24,000 bases of DNA from an uncultured Alphaproteobacteria bacterium (lineage in GTDB: Bacteria > Pseudomonadota > Alphaproteobacteria > Rhizobiales > Aestuariivirgaceae), in contig CALMWF010000047.1 in assembly GCA_937873445.1 (NCBI GenBank), forward strand, positions 38,542 to 62,541. The letters run 5' to 3'. Below, in pieces: positions 1-8,300 of the stretch (the stretch's first letter is position 1; every line of letters begins with the position of its first letter). A program made the translations under genes and the position numbers. Below the pieces are notes generated by a model that was not told where the DNA came from, did no database searches, and saw only the letters and a program-made list of their open reading frames with translations.

Positions 1-665
1 GCAAGGAAATGTTCCCGGACTCGCTGGTGGAGGCCCCGCCCTATGTCATCTACCGGTCCCTGCCCGCGCTTCACACCCTGCCCGCCTCGGTCAACGCCGA
101 ATGCGTCAACCTGTGGCTCTATCCCGGCGGCCATGTGGTTCACTATCCCGTGGGCCATCCGCTTCATCTCAACCTTGTGGCGGTGACACGCGGCATCCTT
201 GCCCGCTCAAGCTGGTCCACCCCCGCCAATGGCGAGGAGGTGGCCAATTACTTCAGCCGCGCCTGCCCGGCCCTGAAGCAGATACTGGGCCTGCCGGACA
301 AATGGCTGAAATGGCCGGCTGCCAATGTGGTGGGCATGAGCCAGTGGAATCTGGGCCGCATGCTGCTGATCGGCGACGCTGCCCACGGCACCGTGCCCTT
401 TCTGGCCCAGGGCGCGGCCATGGCGCTGGAGGATGTGGCGGTCCTGGCGCGCCAGCTGGCCCGCACCGCCGACCCGGCGGCGGCCTTTGCCGCCACCAGT
501 TCCGAACGGCTGCCGCGGGTCGCGCGGCTCCAGGCGGAGTCACTGCGCTCAGGCCGGGTCTATCACATGAAAGGAACCTTCCGGAACGCGCGCAACATGG
601 CGTTGCGCTTCATGCCGGAAGCAAGCTTCCTCCAGCGTCTCTCGTGGATTTATCAGGGCTATTGA
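1..665 (+). CDS. FAD-dependent aromatic monooxygenase/hydroxylase (UbiH / salicylate hydroxylase class). Only the C-terminal ~220 aa is present; the 5' end lies upstream of the window.
   Basis: The frame of ORF 9..665 stays open back to the window edge. It contains LIGDAAHGTVPFLAQGAAMALEDVAVLARQL, the GDAAH...G.G....ED fingerprint of class A flavoprotein monooxygenases. That fingerprint normally lies about 300 aa into full-length proteins. Confidence 0.8.
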   Translation, partial: KEMFPDSLVEAPPYVIYRSLPALHTLPASVNAECVNLWLYPGGHVVHYPVGHPLHLNLVAVTRGILARSSWSTPANGEEVANYFSRACPALKQILGLPDKWLKWPAANVVGMSQWNLGRMLLIGDAAHGTVPFLAQGAAMALEDVAVLARQLARTADPAAAFAATSSERLPRVARLQAESLRSGRVYHMKGTFRNARNMALRFMPEASFLQRLSWIYQGY

Positions 666-671
666 GCGGTC

Positions 672-700
672 GTGAACGAACCCGCTCAGGGCCCGTTCAC
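672..700. terminator. Stem-loop between convergent genes; possible factor-independent or bidirectional terminator without a clear U-tract
   Basis: GTGAACG (672..678) pairs with CGTTCAC (694..700). An inner CCC/GGG pair adds to the stem. It lies between the stop of the + strand monooxygenase (665) and the stop of the - strand gene (808). Confidence 0.35.
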
Positions 701-807
701 ACCCTCTGCCATCGCCACGGACAAACCCGTCCCGACCGCGAGGAACCGTAAGCGGCCGTCATCCTGTGCCTGCAGACATCAGCCGGGCCACCCGTGATGA
801 AAGCCTG

Positions 808-1185
808 TTACGGCTTGGAATTGCCACCGCGGCCGTGTTCCGTGGACTCTTTGCCATTCCCGATCTTGAACAACAGAATGGTGTTGAAGTGGCAATAGAC
901 GTTCGGCGGCACGGCATGGGTCAAAGCGTGGTCGACCGAGCCGCCGCCGCCGCCGCACACGGCCACGGACGTGCCGCAGCGCCCACCCGCCTGAACATAC
1001 CAGGACGGACGTTCGCCGGACTTGCGGATGACGGCATTGCAACAGCTGATGACCTGACCGGCGTTGCTGCCCTTGCACTGCTGCAGGTTGGAAGCAAGGC
1101 CTGCCTGGGCGCTGCCGGAAAGACCGATCATGGAAAGCGCGAAGAAACCCGAAAGCATGATGCTGGAAGTCGTGAACCTGGACAT
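808..1185 (-). CDS. Small secreted cysteine-rich hypothetical protein (125 aa)
   Basis: A strong SD lies 5 nt upstream of the ATG (reverse complement of 1186..1200 reads aatcAGGAGAGaaacATG). The N-terminus MSRFTTSSIMLSGFFALSMIGLSGSAQA looks like a Sec signal peptide with an AQA cleavage site. The mature part has 6 Cys and a Gly5 run. I recognise no family. The overlapping + strand ORF 766..1221 has no SD and no signal peptide. Confidence 0.6.
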   Translation of the reverse strand: MSRFTTSSIMLSGFFALSMIGLSGSAQAGLASNLQQCKGSNAGQVISCCNAVIRKSGERPSWYVQAGGRCGTSVAVCGGGGGSVDHALTHAVPPNVYCHFNTILLFKIGNGKESTEHGRGGNSKP

Positions 1186-1363
1186 GTTTCTCTCCTGATT
1201 TTGCCTCGATCATTCATCTGATCGTGGTTTCACCATGAGACACCGCCACTGAGCCTGTGCTGAACGCGCCATTCATGCGCGGTTCATCCCCCGGGCCAGA
1301 CACGGATTGTGTCCACGTCCAACTATAGCGCAATTTAGAGTATATGGAACCGGACTCAGCCGA

Positions 1364-2212
1364 TCACTTTGCCGGCACCAGCCAGCCCAGCACACTGCGT
1401 CCCCAGTCGCCAATGCCCAGCCGCTGCGCCAGCGCCGGCACAATAACGGCCAGCTCCTCCTTCAGCTTCCATGGCGGATTGATGATGATCAGACCGGATC
1501 CCGCCAGCCCACCGCCCTCAAAGGCCTCACGTACCGAAAGTTCAACCTGCAGTGTGGCGGGCAGCGCCAGTGTCTTCGCCCTCTCCACCAGCGTTTCGGC
1601 AAAGGCAAGGCCCTTCACCGGATACCACAGCATGAACACGCCGGTGGCAAAGCGCCGGTGGCCCTCCACCAGCATGGTGATGGCCTGCTCCGTCTCGTCC
1701 TTCTGCTCATAGGGCGGATCAATCAGCACCACGCCGCGCCGCTCCGTGAAGGGCAGCACCGCCTTCACCGCCTGACCCGCATCCATGGCGAAGGTCTTGA
1801 CCCTTCTGTCCGCCCCCATTTCCCGGCGCAGGGCCTCGGCATCCTCCGGGTGCAGCTCATTCACCAGAATGCGATCACTCTCCCGCAGACCATGCGCCGC
1901 CAGCACGGGTGAGCCGGGATAGTATCGAAGCCCGCCGTGCGGATTCTCCGCCGCCACCGCCCGCCGATAGGGAGCCAGCAGCGCCTCCACATCCGCCATG
2001 AATGGCGTTGCGAGCTTGCCCACGCCGCCTTCCCACTCACCGGTCTTGCCCGCCTCCACACCATGCAGATCATAACGCCCCACCCCGCCGTGGGCGTCGA
2101 GAAAGGCGAAGGGCTTGTCCTTTTTCTTCAGATGCTCAAACACCAGCGCCAGCACCACATGCTTCAACACATCGGCGTGGTTTCCGGCATGATAGGCGTG
2201 GCGGTAATTCAT
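1364..2212 (-). CDS. rlmJ: 23S rRNA (adenine2030-N6)-methyltransferase RlmJ
   Basis: The N-terminus [21 protein letters not shown] matches the E. coli RlmJ start ([19 protein letters not shown]). Further matches are RYYPGSP, LIDPPYE and the C-terminal IINPPWKL. The length (282 aa) is as expected. Confidence 0.9.
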   Translation of the reverse strand: MNYRHAYHAGNHADVLKHVVLALVFEHLKKKDKPFAFLDAHGGVGRYDLHGVEAGKTGEWEGGVGKLATPFMADVEALLAPYRRAVAAENPHGGLRYYPGSPVLAAHGLRESDRILVNELHPEDAEALRREMGADRRVKTFAMDAGQAVKAVLPFTERRGVVLIDPPYEQKDETEQAITMLVEGHRRFATGVFMLWYPVKGLAFAETLVERAKTLALPATLQVELSVREAFEGGGLAGSGLIIINPPWKLKEELAVIVPALAQRLGIGDWGRSVLGWLVPAK

Positions 2213-2215
2213 GGT

Positions 2216-2566
2216 TCAGGCCCTGAACACCAGCGCGGCACCGGCCCCGATCAGCGTAAAACCCGCCACATGCTGAAGCGTGATGGGCTGCTTGAGATAG
2301 AAAATCGAAAACACGATGAACACGCTGAAGGTCACCACCTCCTGAATGGTCTTCAGTTCGGCGGGCGAGTAGGCGGCATAGCCGATGCGGTTGGCCGGCA
2401 CCGCCAGCCAGTATTCAAAAAACGCAATGCCCCAGCTGGCCAGCACCGCCAGCCACAGCGGCTTGTCGGTGAATTTCAAATGCCCATACCAGGCAAAGGT
2501 CATGAACACATTGGAGGCAATCAGCAGCAGAATGGGGGTGACATAGGCAGAGGTGAGAACGCGCAT
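2216..2566 (-). CDS. DMT-superfamily small membrane protein (DUF486 family)
   Basis: [23 protein letters not shown] is the characteristic N-terminal block of DUF486 proteins. I see four hydrophobic segments. I place the start at the internal ATG (MRVLTSAYV, 2566) rather than at 2623. The stop is 3 nt upstream of the rlmJ start, so the two genes are probably co-transcribed. Confidence 0.7.
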   Translation of the reverse strand: MRVLTSAYVTPILLLIASNVFMTFAWYGHLKFTDKPLWLAVLASWGIAFFEYWLAVPANRIGYAAYSPAELKTIQEVVTFSVFIVFSIFYLKQPITLQHVAGFTLIGAGAALVFRA

Positions 2567-2642
2567 GATCTGTCCTGTGGGTTGCAGCGCTTGTGCCAGA
2601 TTCCCGCCCGTCCCGCCATTCACACCCTAGGAAAAGCCGCCT

Positions 2643-2657
2643 GTTCACCTTATATTC
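2643..2657 (+). promoter_or_regulatory. Candidate LexA (SOS) box of the alphaproteobacterial direct-repeat type, with one mismatch
   Basis: GTTC-accttat-ATTC matches GTTC-N7-GTTC at 7 of 8 positions. It overlaps a TATATT -10-like hexamer (2651..2656) located 6 nt before the uvrB ATG. Confidence 0.3.
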
Positions 2658-2662
2658 CGCCT

Positions 2663-4996
2663 ATGGGACATTCACGCCAGACCGGCGGCTTCTCGGAAGC
2701 GCCGCACCAGCCCGTCGAGGGCCATGACCTGCCGCTGGCGCCGCGCGCCGGGCTGGAAGCCCTGCGCCCAGAATTTCTGCCGCTCGCCTCCTTCACCCCG
2801 GTGAAGCCGCCCAAGCCCGAGAAGTCGGAAGGTGGCCGCCGCTTCAAGCTGGTGTCGGAGTTTGACGCTAAGGGCGACCAGCCCAGCGCCATCAGGGAAC
2901 TGGTGGCCGGCGCCAACGGCAATGAGCGCGACCAGGTGCTGCTCGGCGTCACTGGCTCCGGCAAGACCTTCACCATGGCCAAGGTCATCGAAGCCACCCA
3001 GCGCCCGGCCCTCATTCTCGCCCCCAACAAGACGCTGGCCGCCCAGCTCTATGGCGAGTTCCAGAACTTCTTCCCCGACAACGCGGTGGAGTATTTCGTC
3101 TCCTATTACGACTATTACACGCCCGAGGCCTATGTGCCGCGCAGCGACACCTACATCGAGAAGGAAAGCTCCATCAACGAGCAGATCGACCGCATGCGCC
3201 ACTCGGCCACGCGCGCCCTGCTGGAACGCGACGATGTCATCGTCGTCGCCTCCGTGTCCTGCATCTACGGCATTGGTGATGTGGAAACCTATTCGGCCAT
3301 GACCTTCGGCCTGAAGAAGGGGGCGCGCGTGCCCCAGCGCCAGTTGCTGGCCGATCTGGTGGCGCTGCACTACCGCCGCAATGACCAGAATTTCGTGCGC
3401 GGCAGCTTCCGGGTGCGCGGCGACACCATCGAGGTGTTTCCGTCACACTTCGAAGACCGCGCCTGGCGCATTTCCCTGTTCGGCGATGAAATCGAAAGCA
3501 TTGCCGAATTCGATCCCCTCACCGGCCAGAAGACCGCCGAACTGGACCAGATCAAGATCTACTCCAACTCGCATTACGTGACACCGAAGCCGACGCTGGA
3601 ACAGGCGGTGCGCCGCATCAAGGACGACCTGCGCCTCCGCCTGGCCGAGTTCAACGCGGCGGGCCGCATTCTCGAGGCCCAGCGCCTGGAACAGCGCTGC
3701 ATGTTCGACATCGAGATGATGATGGCCACCGGAAGCTGCGCCGGCATCGAGAACTACTCGCGCTATCTCACCGGCCGCCAGCCGGGCGAGCCGCCGCCCA
3801 CCCTGTTTGAATATCTGCCCGACAATGCCTTGGTCTTCGTCGATGAAAGCCACGTCACCATTCCGCAGATCGGCGGCATGTTCCGCGGCGACTTCAACCG
3901 CAAGGCCACGCTGGCCGAATTCGGCTTCCGCCTGCCGTCCTGCATCGACAACCGGCCCCTGCGCTTCGAGGAATGGGAGGCCATGCGCCCGCAGACCGTG
4001 TGCGTGTCGGCCACGCCGGGTTCGTGGGAACTGAACCAGACCGGCGGCGTCTTCGCCGAACAGGTGATCCGCCCCACCGGCCTCATTGATCCGCCGGTCA
4101 TCATCCGCCCGGTGAAAAACCAGGTGGATGATCTGGTGGCCGAATGCCGCGAGCTGGCGGCCAGGGGCCACCGCGCCCTGGTCACCACGCTCACCAAGCG
4201 CATGGCCGAAGACCTGACCGAATACATGCACGAACAGGGCATTCGCGTGCGCTACATGCATTCCGACATCGACACGCTGGAGCGCATCGAGATCATCCGT
4301 GACCTGCGCCTCGGCGCCTTTGATGTGCTGGTGGGCATCAACCTGCTGCGCGAGGGGCTGGACATTCCGGAATGCGCGCTGGTGGCCATTCTCGATGCCG
4401 ACAAGGAAGGCTTCCTGCGCTCGGAAACCTCACTGATCCAGACCATTGGCCGCGCCGCCCGCAATGTCGATGGCCGGGTCATCATGTATGCCGATCAGGT
4501 GACCGGCAGCATGGAACGCGCCATGGCCGAAACCAGCCGCCGCCGCGAAAAGCAGATGGCCTATAACGAGGCCAACGGCATCACCCCGCAGTCAGTGAAG
4601 AAGAACATCACCGACATCATGAAGAGCGTTTACGAGCAGGACCATGTGACGGCGGATGCCGGCCTGTCGGAGGATGGCGCGCCGCTGGTCGGCCATAATC
4701 TGGAGCGCGTGCTGGCCGACATGGAAAAGCGCATGCGCGAGGCCGCCGCCAATCTGGAGTTTGAGGAAGCCGCGCGCCTGAGGGACGAGGTGAAGCGGTT
4801 GAAGGCGCTGGAACTGGCGGTCATGGATGATCCCCTGGCCCGCGATCCCTCAGCGTCCTCTTCTCCCCGCGCACGGACAGGAGCCTCCCTCATCGAAGGC
4901 CCCACCGCCAGTTGGCCTAAACCGGGCAGCCCCCGCCGCCCCGGCTCAACGGGGGGCAAACCCGGCGTGGCAACGACAAGGAAGAGAAAGAAATAG
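2663..4996 (+). CDS. uvrB: Excinuclease ABC subunit B (UvrB)
   Basis: [23 protein letters not shown] matches the UvrB N-terminus. Other matches are the Walker A motif [16 protein letters not shown], the helicase motifs, and the C-terminal UVR domain [22 protein letters not shown] 1937..4996 is an artefactual 5' extension running antisense to rlmJ and the DUF486 gene. The first plausible start is ATG 2663, which has no SD. An alternative start is GTG 2801. Codon third-position GC between 2663 and 2800 looks coding. Confidence 0.95.
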   Translation: MGHSRQTGGFSEAPHQPVEGHDLPLAPRAGLEALRPEFLPLASFTPVKPPKPEKSEGGRRFKLVSEFDAKGDQPSAIRELVAGANGNERDQVLLGVTGSGKTFTMAKVIEATQRPALILAPNKTLAAQLYGEFQNFFPDNAVEYFVSYYDYYTPEAYVPRSDTYIEKESSINEQIDRMRHSATRALLERDDVIVVASVSCIYGIGDVETYSAMTFGLKKGARVPQRQLLADLVALHYRRNDQNFVRGSFRVRGDTIEVFPSHFEDRAWRISLFGDEIESIAEFDPLTGQKTAELDQIKIYSNSHYVTPKPTLEQAVRRIKDDLRLRLAEFNAAGRILEAQRLEQRCMFDIEMMMATGSCAGIENYSRYLTGRQPGEPPPTLFEYLPDNALVFVDESHVTIPQIGGMFRGDFNRKATLAEFGFRLPSCIDNRPLRFEEWEAMRPQTVCVSATPGSWELNQTGGVFAEQVIRPTGLIDPPVIIRPVKNQVDDLVAECRELAARGHRALVTTLTKRMAEDLTEYMHEQGIRVRYMHSDIDTLERIEIIRDLRLGAFDVLVGINLLREGLDIPECALVAILDADKEGFLRSETSLIQTIGRAARNVDGRVIMYADQVTGSMERAMAETSRRREKQMAYNEANGITPQSVKKNITDIMKSVYEQDHVTADAGLSEDGAPLVGHNLERVLADMEKRMREAAANLEFEEAARLRDEVKRLKALELAVMDDPLARDPSASSSPRARTGASLIEGPTASWPKPGSPRRPGSTGGKPGVATTRKRKK

Positions 4997-5096
4997 TTCT
5001 GTTGCGTAATTTCAGGAGATTTATTGTCAATATACTAGACTTTTCGACTTCGCCGAATGACTTACGAGACGGAAGCTAAATTTAGGGTCCGTGTAT

Positions 5097-6335
5097 TCAT
5101 GTTAGGACTGTCGATATAACACGAAGGTCGCCAAGGAAACTCTCAAGCGTCTGGATGTCAGCGCGGATGCTGGCGGGGAACTTGTCGATGAGCGGTTCTG
5201 GCACAACCAGCCGCACCCTTGCTTGGGTCATTTCACGAAACTGCGCCTCGGACACGCCTTCCTGCAATGTCAGCAGGTGCTTCACGGGAATTCTGTCTGC
5301 TTCGTTCAGAATCTGCCGCCAACGGTCGCGGCAGGTCGTCTTGGTTGCAAGCATCCGCAAGCCGCTCGCAGCAAAGCTCTGGTCCCTGTAGGCGGCCTGC
5401 GACGGAAACAGGAAGTCGGGGCGCTTTCCCGGCTCGGATTGCGGCCCGTGTACGAAATCCACACCCTCCCGAAAGCGCTCCTCAATCAGGATTTCCCTGG
5501 TGTGAAGTTCCAAAGACCGCCCGGAACGCGCCTTACGTCTCTGCAAGATAGTCTGTGCCTTGGCAACGAAGTCGCCAAGCGAGGCGAACCCAGCGCGAAG
5601 CGCTGGTAGCTCGGTCGCCTCCTCGACACTGCGAAAAATCTCATACTCGCATTCGCGGCGGCGCAGCAGCCGTTTGTCGGGCGCGGTCCCGTTCTCGGGG
5701 CACATCTCTACTGTCTTGCGAACTATTTCGGCTCCGGTCGGGAATTGCGCCAACCAACCCGGCGGGATTTCCCCGAGTTCAAGCCAGCAGCTTGTTCGAC
5801 GGGCTGCGTATGGCGGGAATAGACCCGGTTGCTCCGGCAGCCACATAACGAAGCGACCGGGCTCGACAGGCCCAAACCGCTCCTCAGCAAGGTCTTCCTC
5901 GGTCTCGTGTCGACAGACCCAGACGTGACAGCTCATTGCACTTCCGTTGTCGCCCAGAGCAAAGGCAAAGACGACCAGCGCGCCGGTGCTCTCGGGGTCC
6001 AGAAGGGCCGACGCACCTCCCCCGAAATTCGTCAGGCGGGTTTCGTCGCGCCCGTTCTGCTTACCCTCGTGGCGCTTCGAGTTATAGTACACCACTCGCA
6101 CCTCGCGGGCGTCCATATGGGAATCGACGGCGAGCTCAAAGCGGTGGTCGGGGTTTTTTTCATCTACCCGGTTAATCGACGGGAAAATTCGGAACAGAAA
6201 GTCTTTCGGAATATACGGGCCTGCCTGATGGGCACCATTCGCAAGAGTATCATTCCCTGACAGGCGCTTTACAAACAGCGCAATACCCGGAGCGCAGAAT
6301 TCCGCCAGCCAATCGGAAAAATCAGAAACCGCCAT
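5097..6335 (-). CDS. Type IIE restriction endonuclease, EcoRII family (predicted CCWGG specificity)
   Basis: The N-terminal effector domain FVKRLSGNDTLANGAHQAGPYIPKDFLFRIFPSIN matches EcoRII (YIKRLSANDTGATGGHQVGLYIP...LFPSIN). DPESTGALVVFAF and VWVC also match. The C-terminal catalytic block GKRPDFLFPS...LATKTTCRDRWRQILNEA...LLTLQEGVS has the PD-(D/E)XK residues intact. I place the start at ATG 6335 ([10 protein letters not shown]), which aligns with the EcoRII N-terminus. The ORF track start at 6398 is probably too long. Confidence 0.9.
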   Translation of the reverse strand: MAVSDFSDWLAEFCAPGIALFVKRLSGNDTLANGAHQAGPYIPKDFLFRIFPSINRVDEKNPDHRFELAVDSHMDAREVRVVYYNSKRHEGKQNGRDETRLTNFGGGASALLDPESTGALVVFAFALGDNGSAMSCHVWVCRHETEEDLAEERFGPVEPGRFVMWLPEQPGLFPPYAARRTSCWLELGEIPPGWLAQFPTGAEIVRKTVEMCPENGTAPDKRLLRRRECEYEIFRSVEEATELPALRAGFASLGDFVAKAQTILQRRKARSGRSLELHTREILIEERFREGVDFVHGPQSEPGKRPDFLFPSQAAYRDQSFAASGLRMLATKTTCRDRWRQILNEADRIPVKHLLTLQEGVSEAQFREMTQARVRLVVPEPLIDKFPASIRADIQTLESFLGDLRVISTVLT

Positions 6336-6789
6336 CCGTTCTGCCCGCAATAATCCCTTCCTCACTGCCATTAGCGAGCCAATTTGCGGCTGCGTCAAGC
6401 ACCTCGTCCAGCAGCAGCCTGTGGCGACCCTTCAAGGCACACTCCCAAACCGTCAGAACTCTCCATCCGCCCGCCAGAAGTGCGGTGCGGGTAGCGGCGT
6501 CTCGTTCCCGGTTGCCCTCTATCTTCTGTTGCCAGAACTCCCGGCGCGTGGTTGGGAGCCGAAACAAATGACAGTCGTGCCCGTGCCAGAAGCAGCCGTT
6601 TACGAAGATCACAGCGCGGTGTTTAGGAAAGCACAGGTCGGGTCGACCCGGCAGGCGTCGGTCGTGCAGGCGATACCGGAAGCCCAGCGTATGCAAGCCC
6701 CGGCGAAGCACCATCTCGGGCCGCGTGTCCTTCCCCCGGATGCCAGACATCATCCGGCTCCGTGTCTTGGAGTCTACCACGTCAGCCAA
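6322..6789 (-). CDS. vsr: Very short patch repair endonuclease (T:G mismatch nicking in the Dcm context)
   Basis: [22 protein letters not shown]...LPGRPDLCF...[35 protein letters not shown]...[12 protein letters not shown] is collinear with E. coli Vsr (MADVHDKATRS...LPGRPDF...IFTHGCFWHHHHCYLF..PATRTEFWLEKI..N.ERD...GWRVLIVWECAL). The start codon is TTG at 6789, and alignment of MADV with E. coli supports it. Confidence 0.95.
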   Translation of the reverse strand: MADVVDSKTRSRMMSGIRGKDTRPEMVLRRGLHTLGFRYRLHDRRLPGRPDLCFPKHRAVIFVNGCFWHGHDCHLFRLPTTRREFWQQKIEGNRERDAATRTALLAGGWRVLTVWECALKGRHRLLLDEVLDAAANWLANGSEEGIIAGRTDGGF

Positions 6790-8104
6790 CGAGCGGCACC
6801 CGCTTCTGCAGGTGCTGACCGTTACTCACAGCGCCCGTCGCAACATAGGGAAGCATGTGGCGGGCAACTGCCTCGATTACTGGCACCGCGACAGAGTTTC
6901 CGAACTGCTTGTAGGCTTGCGTATCAGACACCGGGATCAGGAACCGGGACTCTCCCGGCTTGTCGAAGCCCATCAGCCGGGCGCATTCCCGAGGTGTCAG
7001 TCGTCGCGGGTTCCGCCCTGCGCCCCGGTCAATCAGGATTTCAGATCCATCTTTATAGTATCGCGCTGACAGGGTGCGGGCCACGTCGCCGTGCCCCACG
7101 AGCCCGAAGCCAAAACCATTCCCGGCTGCACGATGCTTTGCGGCGTAATCCTGCAAGTATTTCCAAAGATGGTCGGTGAGGACGTATTTCTCGTTCACCC
7201 TGCCGCGAGCACCCGTGTAATGCTTGTCCGGTCCTTTCTCCGACCCGTCTTCCGGATGCAGTATCGTCCCCAGCTTCGGGCCTTCCAATGGATCGGGCAC
7301 ATCGAGATCATCAAAAGAGAACTCGCACTCCTCGCGGAAACCGGCGATCAGGATACGTTCCCGATGCTGTGGGACAAAACCCTTGGCGTTAATCACCCGA
7401 GGCGTCGGGACAAAGTAGCCAAGTTCCCTGAGCGTCCTCAAAATTACTTCAAAAGTGCGGCCCTTGTCGTGGTTCACGAGGTTCTTGACATTCTCAAGAA
7501 GGAATGCCCTTGGGCGATGCTCGGCAATTATCCTTGCCACATCGAAAAACAGAGTGCCCTGCGTCTCATCCGCAAAACCGTGTGCTCGCCCGAGGGCGTT
7601 CTTCTTGCTCACGCCCGCGATGCTGAAAGGCTGGCATGGGAAACCAGCCAGCAGCAGGTCATGCTCGGGAATGTCCTTTGTCGCTGTCTTGGTAATGTCC
7701 CCGGAAATCTCGTGGTCGTCGTGCGGGAAATTGGCCGAATAAGTAGTCTTCGCAAATCGGTCCCATTCAGAGGTAAATACGCATTTTCCGCCCAACGGCT
7801 CAAACCCCCTGCGAATACCTCCAATTCCCGCAAAAAGGTCGATAAAGCGAAAAGCCGGTTCAACCTTCTCTTTAGCGCTGCGATTGCTCACCAGCTCTTC
7901 CAACACGACCAGCGCGGCTTGCCTCGGTTTGGCCGCCCCCCTCTCCCATCGGTAAAGTGTGGCAGGCGAGTAGCCCAACAGAGGTGCCAGCGCTTCAACG
8001 GTAAGCCCCGCGCGTTCACGCAGGCGGGAAAAGTCGGATTGGGGATCATGGAGCACTATGAACACCTCTGGGTCGATTATTCTCATTTTTGCAACATTCG
8101 ACAC
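6782..8104 (-). CDS. dcm: DNA (cytosine-5)-methyltransferase, Dcm/M.EcoRII-like (predicted CCWGG), with an N-terminal helix-turn-helix domain
   Basis: The m5C motifs are present: [65 protein letters not shown] and [11 protein letters not shown]. The target-recognition region [27 protein letters not shown] is near-identical to E. coli Dcm. The N-terminal segment [29 protein letters not shown] is an XRE-type HTH. The start is ambiguous between GTG 8104 and ATG 8086; neither has a clear SD. Confidence 0.95.
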   Translation of the reverse strand: MSNVAKMRIIDPEVFIVLHDPQSDFSRLRERAGLTVEALAPLLGYSPATLYRWERGAAKPRQAALVVLEELVSNRSAKEKVEPAFRFIDLFAGIGGIRRGFEPLGGKCVFTSEWDRFAKTTYSANFPHDDHEISGDITKTATKDIPEHDLLLAGFPCQPFSIAGVSKKNALGRAHGFADETQGTLFFDVARIIAEHRPRAFLLENVKNLVNHDKGRTFEVILRTLRELGYFVPTPRVINAKGFVPQHRERILIAGFREECEFSFDDLDVPDPLEGPKLGTILHPEDGSEKGPDKHYTGARGRVNEKYVLTDHLWKYLQDYAAKHRAAGNGFGFGLVGHGDVARTLSARYYKDGSEILIDRGAGRNPRRLTPRECARLMGFDKPGESRFLIPVSDTQAYKQFGNSVAVPVIEAVARHMLPYVATGAVSNGQHLQKRVPLVG

Positions 8105-8147
8105 GATAAAGCAAGAACAAAACAGGAATTGTCAGGGTCTGCGCTAT

Positions 8148-8183
8148 GCGTGGCCAACAGCCCCAGACCACATCCGGCCACGC
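8148..8183. promoter_or_regulatory. 8-bp inverted repeat upstream of the methyltransferase gene; candidate operator or RNA stem
   Basis: GCGTGGCC (8148..8155) and GGCCACGC (8176..8183) are perfect reverse complements separated by 20 nt. The repeat lies 44 to 79 nt upstream of the GTG 8104 start. Confidence 0.3.
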
Positions 8184-8236
8184 GAACGCAGGAAGATATT
8201 TCAAAGGCCGCACCCGGCGTCCCCGCACCTGCTCCC

Positions 8237-8256
8237 AAAAAAGGCCCGCGCGGCCT
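8237..8256 (-). terminator. Rho-independent terminator of the 8301..9161 membrane-protein gene
   Basis: The - strand reads AGGCC-gcgcg-GGCCT followed by TTTTTT. On the + strand this is an A6 run at 8237..8242 and the stem at 8242..8256. It lies 45 nt downstream of the stop at 8301. The stem is short (5 bp, GC-rich). Confidence 0.5.
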
Positions 8257-8300
8257 GTCACAGCCGCACGGACCCTTGAAGCGGTGATCTGAAACCTAGA

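Larger units (their letters stand above)
4997..8236 (-). other. Horizontally acquired restriction-modification island (dcm-vsr-EcoRII-like), no mobility genes
   Basis: The composition drops inside the insert. Hand counts of 60-nt samples give 26/60 GC at 5041..5100, 32/60 at 6121..6180 and 26/60 at 7441..7500, against 40/60 at 4741..4800 inside uvrB. AT-rich borders lie at 4997..5096 and 8090..8140. The flanks are core genes (uvrB, and a membrane-protein gene with its own terminator at 8237..8256). Confidence 0.75.

Noticed and set aside
940-956. A (GCC)5 trinucleotide repeat
   Set aside because: It lies in frame inside the small secreted protein gene and encodes Gly5. Unit changes would add or remove glycine and would not switch the frame. 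Such repeats are common in high-GC DNA.
1937-2662. The 5' 242 codons of the 1019-aa ORF containing uvrB
   Set aside because: This part overlaps rlmJ and the DUF486 gene on the opposite strand and has no UvrB similarity. UvrB homology begins shortly after ATG 2663.
3443-4261. A 272-aa minus-strand ORF, plus other short ORFs inside uvrB
   Set aside because: It is antisense to the highly conserved UvrB helicase core and has no motifs of its own.
4800-4993. A UvrB C-terminal tail of about 65 aa, Pro/Ser/Gly/Arg/Lys-rich, after the UVR domain and ending in RKRKK
   Set aside because: It is low-complexity sequence in frame with native composition. It is probably a lineage-typical disordered extension and not a fusion or a separate gene. 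I cannot judge further without homolog alignment.
6143-6152. An A7/T7 homopolymer inside the endonuclease gene (codons for DEKNP), considered as a possible phase-variation tract
   Set aside because: The tract is too short for efficient slippage. A similar A7 occurs in the core MFS gene (about 15173..15179). The reading frame is currently intact.
5023-8134. A shared heptamer ATTGTCA at both island borders (5023..5029 and 8128..8134), considered as possible target-site duplication or att repeats
   Set aside because: Seven nt in AT-rich DNA is well within chance. No integrase is present and the match does not extend further.
8046-8279. Two small ORFs (71 aa on the - strand, 73 aa on the + strand) at the right border of the R-M island, considered as a possible controller (C) protein
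   Set aside because: Neither has a helix-turn-helix or an SD. Both overlap the methyltransferase start region out of frame, and the composition looks non-coding. The methyltransferase carries its own HTH.
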